Translations under genes and position numbers: made by a program
Shown here: in pieces, positions 56,963-64,000 of the stretch
How positions within the stretch are numbered: position 1 is the first letter of the stretch
Layout of the letters: every line of letters starts with the position of its first letter
Source: Bacteroidales bacterium UBA5072
GTDB lineage: Bacteria; Bacteroidota; Bacteroidia; Bacteroidales; UBA10428
DNA: 64,000 nt
Direction: 5' to 3'
Assembly: GCA_002415855.1 (NCBI GenBank)
Contig: DIAS01000126.1
Coordinates: 26,981 to 90,980, forward strand
Notes under the pieces: model-generated
Seen by the model: the letters and a program-made list of their open reading frames with translations, nothing else
The model's database searches: none
What the model was told of the DNA's origin: nothing

Positions 56963-58756
56963 TTATTCCACGATTACTAATTTATCTTTCGGATATTTTA
57001 CCGAATACCTGAGCACAAATTCTTTGGTCTCATTGGGCTTCAGTTGGATTTCCCAGGTAACCTCACCGGTATCTCTGTTCATTGCTCCACCGGCCAGATC
57101 AATTACTTCAACCTGTATTTCTTTGGTGGTGGAAACCGGGACCTGGTCAGTTACACGTGCCGTGATGGCATATGCTTTGTTGTTCCTGACGGTAATTTTC
57201 CAGGCCATGGATTCCTTTTTATTGGTTCCGATGAACTGGGTTTCGGAATATTCCTTCAGCTTTTCGCGCTTGATGCTGATGTTGTTGTCGATCCCAAAAG
57301 ATAGTTCAAGGGTATCGCTGAATTGCCGCGTATTCAGCATGGAAGTGCCCACAAATGAGTTCTCGAGGTAAATATTTGCTTCTCCATCCATGAGCTCTGC
57401 TTTGTACCAGTCGGGAATCCTGCCCACCAGAAATACGTTTTCAGCCAGTTTTGGCAGGGTCTGGTACTCATAGTCCGCTTTCAGCTCAGTCTGCCTGAAA
57501 TTGATTGTATTGAGCTTGTTGTTCGACAGGATGGTCTGCGGAGCGTCAACGGTAAACTCATTGGAGGTTTCCCTTTTGGTAGTGATGGTGATGGGTACGG
57601 ACGATTTTTCCTCTTCACCCTTGGTGGTGATGACTACTACACCGTTTGCTCCCCTTGAACCATAGACGGAAGTAGCTGAGGCGTCCTTAAGTACATCAAT
57701 CTGCCTGATGTTGTTCGGATCCAGGTAGGAAACATCGTCCTGTGGCACTCCATCAACCACATACAGGGGATTCCCTGTGCCCTTCAGGGAGGATATTCCC
57801 CTGACCATTACCGGACTGTTCTCTTCCATCACTTTGTCGTCAGCAATTGCAAGCCCTTCCGCCCTGCCGGATACAGCTCCCTGAATCTGAGGATAATAAA
57901 ACTGCAGGTAATAGGGGATCATTTCCGGGATCTGGGCCGACTGGTCGGTCTTTGCAGTGGAAAGTACCAGGTCCACTTCTTTCCAGTCAATCCCGGTGTT
58001 TTGCAGAATATTGGCCTTGTAATAGACTGTTAGGGGATTCTGGGTGCCGGTAAACCGGATATCATAAGCAGGATACCAGGAAGCCCCGTCGACCAGGTAA
58101 CTGAAATCAATCCCGGCGGTATTGGCCTTTCTGGTATCAACTGTAATGATTATGGTGCCTGACGGAAGATCGGTCCTGTTGTTAAGGGTAATCAGCTGGT
58201 TATTCAATTTCGAAATCTCTTCGGAATAACCCCTGATTAAGCGTTGTCGTCTGAGAATCTCAAGGTTGCATGTTTCCAGGTTGCTGCCGTAAAGGACGTT
58301 CATGGTTTTGAAAACCTCGGGGTTTACAGGTTGGTCCTTACCCAGAATCACCTTGTTCGATTTCAGAAAATCGAGCTTGTCTGTCAATATCCTGATCCAG
58401 GTTTCTTCATCCTCGGTTTTTGCTTTCAGATCTTCCAGGTTGTCAGTGATCTTCTGTATTTCCTCACTTTTTCCCAGCTCATCGAGGTAATTATTCTGAT
58501 GCTGCACACTGAGAATGACATAGGAGCCGTCGCCGTTTACCCGTATGCTTTTCTTGTTGATATAGGGTGAGAGATTTTTAAAATACAGGATCATTTTCCC
58601 CTGCTGGAGGTCAAATTGTGCATGGTGTTCAATCTGGGCGCCACTTTTATACACGGTGACTTTGCCTATGGATGAAGGGATTGTTTTTTCAACCTGCGCT
58701 GTTATCACCAGGGCAAATATCAGATGAAGCAGGAACAGAAAGGTTATTTTCTTCAT
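56963..58756 (-). CDS. DUF4140/DUF4139 (MuiA-like) protein with an inserted TonB-dependent receptor plug module
   Basis: 'VTVYKSGAQI', 'SYLVDGASWYP.YDIR', 'QNTG.DW..V.L.LST', plug 'VRG..S....NPLYVVDG...I..I.VLKDASATSVYGSRGANGVVVITTK', C-terminal 'V.DQVPVS..IQV...G.V.W..L'. Confidence 0.85.
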   Translation of the reverse strand: MKKITFLFLLHLIFALVITAQVEKTIPSSIGKVTVYKSGAQIEHHAQFDLQQGKMILYFKNLSPYINKKSIRVNGDGSYVILSVQHQNNYLDELGKSEEIQKITDNLEDLKAKTEDEETWIRILTDKLDFLKSNKVILGKDQPVNPEVFKTMNVLYGSNLETCNLEILRRQRLIRGYSEEISKLNNQLITLNNRTDLPSGTIIITVDTRKANTAGIDFSYLVDGASWYPAYDIRFTGTQNPLTVYYKANILQNTGIDWKEVDLVLSTAKTDQSAQIPEMIPYYLQFYYPQIQGAVSGRAEGLAIADDKVMEENSPVMVRGISSLKGTGNPLYVVDGVPQDDVSYLDPNNIRQIDVLKDASATSVYGSRGANGVVVITTKGEEEKSSVPITITTKRETSNEFTVDAPQTILSNNKLNTINFRQTELKADYEYQTLPKLAENVFLVGRIPDWYKAELMDGEANIYLENSFVGTSMLNTRQFSDTLELSFGIDNNISIKREKLKEYSETQFIGTNKKESMAWKITVRNNKAYAITARVTDQVPVSTTKEIQVEVIDLAGGAMNRDTGEVTWEIQLKPNETKEFVLRYSVKYPKDKLVIVE

Positions 58757-58909
58757 GGTATTGTAATTATGGCTAAATATAGTAAATTATGTAGGCGAAA
58801 TCCCCTTGTTTGTCTATTTTCTCCCCGGAATGTAATGACCCTCCTGTAGATTTACATATATTGCATATATTTATTTTTTCAAATTATAACAACTTCTATA
58901 ATTTAAAAT

Positions 58910-60316
58910 ATGAAAGAAAAATCAAGCAAAGGATTAAACCGTCGTGATTTCCTCGGGTTATCAGCTCTTGGACTGACCGGTCTTACCATTCTTCCCAGTT
59001 ATGTGATGAATGGTATACGTGTTGCGCCGAGTGATCGGGTTGTAATGGGTTTCATCAGCGGTGGACAGCAGGCAATCAACGATTTTTCGGGTTTTGCCAA
59101 AGTTCCCGGTGTACAGGTAGCTGCAATCTGCGATGTGGACAGCATGAAAATGCAACGGTTTAAGAAGCGTGCTGAAGCCTGGCAATCTGCACAGGGTGTA
59201 GCACCCCGCTGCGATATGTATGAGCAGTACGAGCGGTTGCTCGACCGGATGGATATTGATGTTGTTGAGGTTTGTACTCCTGACCACTGGCATGCACTGC
59301 AAACCATTCATGCCTGTCAGGCAGGTAAGGATGTTTATGTGCAAAAGCCTTTGTCATTCACCATCCAGGAAGCCTTAAAAATGACTGATGTGGCCAATAA
59401 ATGTAAAAGGATTGTTCAGGTGGGAAGCCAGCAGCGTTCGAGCAAGGAATTTCAGAAAGCCATTGAACTTGTCCAGAACGGTTCAATCGGGCATATTGTA
59501 AAGATCTATGCCAAGGTAGGAGATCCCCCGAAACCCTTTGACCTGCCCGAGGTACCTGTTCCCGGTAATCTGAACTGGAACCTTTGGCTGGGGCCGCTCA
59601 ATGATGCCAAAATTCATTATAATCCTGATCTGTGCCCTCCGATTTCTCTTGAACCCGAAGAAAGAGAAAAGTTGTGGGGTGCCTGGCGCTGGTATCGTGA
59701 AACCGGAAACGGATTCACCGCCGACTGGGGAGCTCATATGTTTGATATTGCCCAGGCAGCGATCGGTATGGATGGTTCAGGACCGGCGGTAATTACACCA
59801 AAGGGATACAAAGGACAGGCTTATCTGACCTTCAGGTACCTTAATGGTATTGAAATGACAGAACAAGCATACCTCGAGGATATGCCCAATGCCCAGGGGA
59901 TTAAATTTATCGGTACTGATGGCTGGATTGAAGTAGCACGTGGCTACCTGGCCTGTTCCAAGGCTGATCTTGTACCCGCTGAGCTTGCAGGAAGACGTCC
60001 GAAAAACCTGACCCCTGAAGAACGCAAGAAAATGTTCGAAGAAATGCAGAAAGCTGCTGCCAAGGGTGGCGGAAGTTTTGAAATCAATTCGGGCCACATG
60101 CAGAATTTCATCGATTCGGTTCGTTCACGCCAGAAACCGATTGCTTCCATTGAGGTTGGTGCCAGCACAGCCATTCTTTGCTGCCTGGGGAATATGGCAA
60201 CCGAATTAGGCCGTCCTGTGAACTGGAATCCTGCCACGCTGAGTTTTGGAACTGATACCGAAGCTGCAAACCACAGGCTCAACTGTTATGAGTACAGGAG
60301 ACCTTACAAGTTGTAA
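58910..60316 (+). CDS. Tat-exported Gfo/Idh/MocA family NAD-dependent oxidoreductase
   Basis: Twin-Arg 'NRRDFL', 'CDVD', 'TPDHWH', 'DVYVQKP', 'QVGSQQRS', 'DWGAH..D'. Confidence 0.92.
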   Translation: MKEKSSKGLNRRDFLGLSALGLTGLTILPSYVMNGIRVAPSDRVVMGFISGGQQAINDFSGFAKVPGVQVAAICDVDSMKMQRFKKRAEAWQSAQGVAPRCDMYEQYERLLDRMDIDVVEVCTPDHWHALQTIHACQAGKDVYVQKPLSFTIQEALKMTDVANKCKRIVQVGSQQRSSKEFQKAIELVQNGSIGHIVKIYAKVGDPPKPFDLPEVPVPGNLNWNLWLGPLNDAKIHYNPDLCPPISLEPEEREKLWGAWRWYRETGNGFTADWGAHMFDIAQAAIGMDGSGPAVITPKGYKGQAYLTFRYLNGIEMTEQAYLEDMPNAQGIKFIGTDGWIEVARGYLACSKADLVPAELAGRRPKNLTPEERKKMFEEMQKAAAKGGGSFEINSGHMQNFIDSVRSRQKPIASIEVGASTAILCCLGNMATELGRPVNWNPATLSFGTDTEAANHRLNCYEYRRPYKL

Positions 60317-60340
60317 TTTATCATACTGATAAAATAGCAG

Positions 60341-60463
60341 AGAGGCTGTCTCAAAAGCAGGATAATGATCCTATTTCGACTCCGCTCAATATGACAATCA
60401 ATTGATAACCAAATGTCAGACTGAGCGAAGTCGAAGTAGGTTACAGCATTTGAGACAGCCTCT
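60341..60463. repeat. Nested inverted-repeat element (REP/MITE-like)
   Basis: Outer perfect 15-bp IR AGAGGCTGTCTCAAA / TTTGAGACAGCCTCT; inner 27-bp IR (23/27) 60370-60396 / 60414-60440; central palindrome ATCAATTGAT. Confidence 0.75.
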
Positions 60464-60464
60464 T

Positions 60465-61772
60465 TTATTTCAGCACTTCCAGTTCAACAGGGATGCCGGA
60501 CATTTTCAGGAAGGTATCAGCAAAATCTCTTTGCATGTCTGCCGGCATATTCCTTACCCGGGCAGCAAAATGGTTGGCTCCCGGAACCATGTAAAGCCTG
60601 GAGTTGACTTTTTCTGTAACATTTACCCGGCAGGCTGACCATGTGTCCCTGTCTCCGTAAATGTAAATAAAATTATCCCCGTGCTCTGCAAGCCATGAGC
60701 TGATCCTGTCCATCAGGGAACTGTCAAATGATCGATAGGTTAATGATTTTGGCGGAAAGCTCCCGGAAGGATTGTCCGTATCGATGTAATGCAGGTATTT
60801 CCTGAACGGTCTGGCATCATAACCGTAATATCCACCCTCGGTCACTGATTGATAAAAATGCACCCTGTTATCCTGCAGTTCCTTATCTGCAAAGGATTCC
60901 AGGTCGATTATGTCAAGCAGGTGACTGACATATTCATCAGTGGATTTCCCGAGGGGAATGTCGCTGCACGATTTATACCCGACCTGCCAGAATGAAAATG
61001 GGTATTCCAGCACCGTGTATTCGAAAGCTTTGCCAATGCTCCCCAGGTAACCGAATTCAAGTCTCCGCCCCCTGGCGTACCACTGCAGCCTGTCAAGTAC
61101 TTCTTTTTCGTGCTTTAACAGGTAAACCTGAAAGTCGAAGATCCGGTTGTGACATTCATCTGTGCCGATCGTGTCTAAAAAATCATAGATCCTCTTGTCT
61201 TCAAGGCCATCAATGATAGGGGCTACGTAAGGCACAGAAACCTCCACATCTTCAGGATAGTAATATTTGTAAATGATAGCCGTTTGACCTCCTCTGCTGA
61301 TCCCTGTGCTGAACCACTTCCCGGTATATAATTCCTTAAAAAGCCGGTTTATACGATGCAGATCAGCAGCAACCTGCTCATAGGTAAGGTACTCCCAGGG
61401 CAGGGAGTCGGGAGCTGATTGACCGTAAAACCGGTACTCAATGTTAAGCTCATTGGCATGCAGCATCCGTACCAGTTCGTTCCTGGCCTTGTATAAAGCA
61501 TACCCGTTTATATTCATTACCGTAGGACTTTCGAAACCTTTGTGGGTAAGGAGGACCTGCTGACCAAAACTCCCTTTTTCGGGATGCTGATGGTCCAGGG
61601 GTTGCCGGATTGTCAGTGCGTACTGCAGTATGGGCTCCCCGGGTTTGGAAGTCTTTTTAAAGGTCACATCCGGCAGATTGAACAAAGCCTGTTCCAGCAA
61701 AGATTCATCAGTCTGTGCTGAACCGGATAGCAGGCTAAGGAGGCTGAATAACAGGATGTAAAGTGTTCTCAT
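60465..61772 (-). CDS. S28/S37 (PS-10-like) serine aminopeptidase, exported
   Basis: 'QPLDHQHP..GSF.Q', 'IEYRFYG.S.P', nucleophile 'GISRGG', 'YIYGD.DTWSA'. Start set at MRTLYILL (61772). Confidence 0.85.
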   Translation of the reverse strand: MRTLYILLFSLLSLLSGSAQTDESLLEQALFNLPDVTFKKTSKPGEPILQYALTIRQPLDHQHPEKGSFGQQVLLTHKGFESPTVMNINGYALYKARNELVRMLHANELNIEYRFYGQSAPDSLPWEYLTYEQVAADLHRINRLFKELYTGKWFSTGISRGGQTAIIYKYYYPEDVEVSVPYVAPIIDGLEDKRIYDFLDTIGTDECHNRIFDFQVYLLKHEKEVLDRLQWYARGRRLEFGYLGSIGKAFEYTVLEYPFSFWQVGYKSCSDIPLGKSTDEYVSHLLDIIDLESFADKELQDNRVHFYQSVTEGGYYGYDARPFRKYLHYIDTDNPSGSFPPKSLTYRSFDSSLMDRISSWLAEHGDNFIYIYGDRDTWSACRVNVTEKVNSRLYMVPGANHFAARVRNMPADMQRDFADTFLKMSGIPVELEVLK

Positions 61773-61897
61773 ACCGGCAAGGGATTGGTATTGATGTGAT
61801 TTATAGCGGCAATTTATATTAATTTCTTGAAGAAAGGTATGACCTTTGTAACAAAACAACTGTTGAATCGTCCCATTGTCATAAAAACCTGTTGCTG

Positions 61898-64000
61898 ATG
61901 CGTTCTATTTCACCCCGAATTCCCTTTTTAGTCATTGCATCCGTTATTACCATTACCAGTTTTCCTCAGAGCCTGAAAGGACGCCTGACGGACAGGAAAG
62001 ATCTCCCGGTGCCCTACGCTGCGGTTTATGATGAAACAACCTATGTCGGAACCACCAGCAATGCAGATGGCTTTTATGATCTTAAGCTGGAACCCGGGAA
62101 GCATTCCATCGTGTTTAAAGCCATGGGTTACTTTCAGGTCCGGAAACAAATCACAACAGCTGACCAGACGATCACCCTCAATATTCAGCTTGACGAGCAG
62201 GCAATTCAGGTAAAGGAGGTGGTGATAACCCCGGGGAAGGAAGACCCTGCTTACCCCATCATGCGAAAAGTGATAGGCCTTGCCCCCTACCATCTGAACC
62301 AGGTAAAGGAGTACACTGCGGATGTTTATCTCAGGGGCACCATCCATTTGATCAGTATTCCCAAGATCATTGCAAAACATACTGAAATCAACGGGCAAAA
62401 GAACGTATTGAAAAGCGGTGATGTATTTTTGCAGGAATCCATTAACCAGATACAGTTCCATGCCCCCGACAAATATGATCAGCAAGTTATATCCTTTCAC
62501 AGCACATTCCCCGGAGAAAATGAGGATGTGAATCCGATGGGATTCATCCGGGCAAGCTTTTATCAGCCGAAAATAGATGAATTTATTTCTCCACTGGCAC
62601 CCAATGCATTCAGCTTTTATACTTACCGCTATGAGGGTTTCTTTGATGAAGGGAAAAATGTAATTTTTAAAATAAAGGTTACACCCAAACGCAACAGCCA
62701 GCAGTTGATGAAGGGATACCTTTATGTGGTTGATAAACTCTGGTGTTTACATTCGGCAGATGCTTCCGTGCATATGTTCTTCGGTGATCTGAGCTACAAA
62801 ACAATATATTCACCTGTTAAGAGCAATGCCTGGCTTCCCATCAGCTACCAGTTTTATGTAAACGCTGCAATCATGGGCATTAAGGCTGATTATAAGTACG
62901 CCAGTTCGGTGAAATTTCAACAGGTAGTGCTGAATGAAAAAAACACCGTGGAGTCGCTCAGGAATAAAGAACCCGAGATGAAAGAAGAAGCACAAAAAGC
63001 TGCAGCTACTGATCCTAAAAAAATAAAAACGCACCAGGAGATTGAGGCGCTGATGACGAAGGAGGAACTGACCAACCGGGATATGGTAAAACTGGCGAAC
63101 CTCATGGCCAAAGAGGCACCTGAGGACTCCGCCAGGGAGAAGTCCCTTGAAATAAAGTCAAACGAGGCAAAGGTCACTGTTGAGAAAGACGCCCTCAAAA
63201 AGGACACGGCGTATTGGAATTCCATGCGACCGATTCCTCTAACTTCTGTTGAGGCATTAATACCCGGGGTTAAAGACAGCACGCTGGTCCATCCGAAGGA
63301 CACAATTCCTGCCGGGGATTCAGCCAGCACCAAAAAGACGCCGAAGAAAATTGCCAGGGTTGCCAACTTCATCACAAACGGCGCAGGATTTTGGGCTTTC
63401 GATTCGACCCTGCGAATCAATTACGAGGGGCTCATCGGGATTAAAAAGGTAGATTTTAATACGGTTGATGGCTTTATATTCAGGCAAACCTTTGGTCTTG
63501 AGCAGCGAATTGACTCTGTGCACAAACTGGGGATCAACCCCGGTATTGCCTATGCTTTCAGCAGAGAAAGGGTGATGTGGTGGACGGATGTACGGTATGG
63601 CTATTCTCCTATGCGGGGAGGGCAATTGCACTTCCATATCGGAAGCGAATCAGCCGATTATAATTCCGAGACGGGCATTAATTCTACCATCAATTCACTT
63701 GCCTCCTTGTTCTTCAGGCGCAACTACATGAAGCTGTACCAGCAAAACCAGGCGTACCTCTCCAATTACATTGATCTGGCAAACGGACTGAACCTGAGTG
63801 TAAAGGTAGGATACCTGACTGCCCAGCCTTTATCAAACCATTCGGATTATTCCTTCTTTTATGCGGAGGAAAGGGAGTATTCACCGAATGTACCCAGTGA
63901 TGATCCTGAGAAGGTAGCACGAAATGTATACCACGAGGAGGCATACTGGGATGCCAGGCTGGAATTCACCCCACAGTATTACTACAGGGTCTGGGGCGGG
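61898..64000 (+). CDS. CarboxypepD_reg-like + DUF5686 outer-membrane protein (truncated by the window end, so absent from the ORF track)
   Basis: ATG 61898: MRSISPRIPFLVIASVITITSFPQSLKGRLTD...GTTSNADGFY.LKL..G..SIVF..MGY; 'EVVITPGKEDPAY.IM', 'Y.ADVYL.G'. Frame checked by eye at spots only. Confidence 0.8.
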   Translation, partial: MRSISPRIPFLVIASVITITSFPQSLKGRLTDRKDLPVPYAAVYDETTYVGTTSNADGFYDLKLEPGKHSIVFKAMGYFQVRKQITTADQTITLNIQLDEQAIQVKEVVITPGKEDPAYPIMRKVIGLAPYHLNQVKEYTADVYLRGTIHLISIPKIIAKHTEINGQKNVLKSGDVFLQESINQIQFHAPDKYDQQVISFHSTFPGENEDVNPMGFIRASFYQPKIDEFISPLAPNAFSFYTYRYEGFFDEGKNVIFKIKVTPKRNSQQLMKGYLYVVDKLWCLHSADASVHMFFGDLSYKTIYSPVKSNAWLPISYQFYVNAAIMGIKADYKYASSVKFQQVVLNEKNTVESLRNKEPEMKEEAQKAAATDPKKIKTHQEIEALMTKEELTNRDMVKLANLMAKEAPEDSAREKSLEIKSNEAKVTVEKDALKKDTAYWNSMRPIPLTSVEALIPGVKDSTLVHPKDTIPAGDSASTKKTPKKIARVANFITNGAGFWAFDSTLRINYEGLIGIKKVDFNTVDGFIFRQTFGLEQRIDSVHKLGINPGIAYAFSRERVMWWTDVRYGYSPMRGGQLHFHIGSESADYNSETGINSTINSLASLFFRRNYMKLYQQNQAYLSNYIDLANGLNLSVKVGYLTAQPLSNHSDYSFFYAEEREYSPNVPSDDPEKVARNVYHEEAYWDARLEFTPQYYYRVWGG

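Noticed and set aside
60402-60638. 78-aa ORF starting in the palindromic element
   Set aside because: It arises from the repeat sequence and runs antisense into the peptidase.

Overview
Chromosomal window from a Bacteroidota (Bacteroidales-type, apparently non-gut/environmental) genome. The taxonomic call rests on TAnnTTTG/TTTG promoters, a type-B L31, a Reg_prop/Y_Y_Y hybrid kinase, an S46 peptidase, DUF5686 and GH92. About 1-37 kb is mostly core housekeeping: tRNA-His, rpmE2, lon, coaD, pyrE, birA, rsfS-ftsH-cdsA-psd, ltd-kbl, ppiD-tlyC-lptC-coaX, rnhB-dpp7-marC-rnhA. It also carries a ROK regulator plus a NagB/PIG-L fusion. About 37-64 kb is accessory. It holds an orphan SiaB-SiaC pair, an exported PqqD/RRE-like protein, and a tightly coupled GT4-HAD-GT4-GH13_18 operon that looks like a (mannosyl)glucosylglycerate compatible-solute pathway with no GpgS. 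It also holds an orphan YfiR, a missed 36-aa Lys-rich ORF, and a lipoprotein with an NGLY1/Png1-like transglutaminase core next to a GH92 mannosidase. Secreted hydrolases and peptidases and a nested-palindrome REP/MITE-like element complete the region. No CRISPR array, rRNA, transposase, integrase or prophage gene was seen. All family calls come from motif recognition by eye; no database searches were run.
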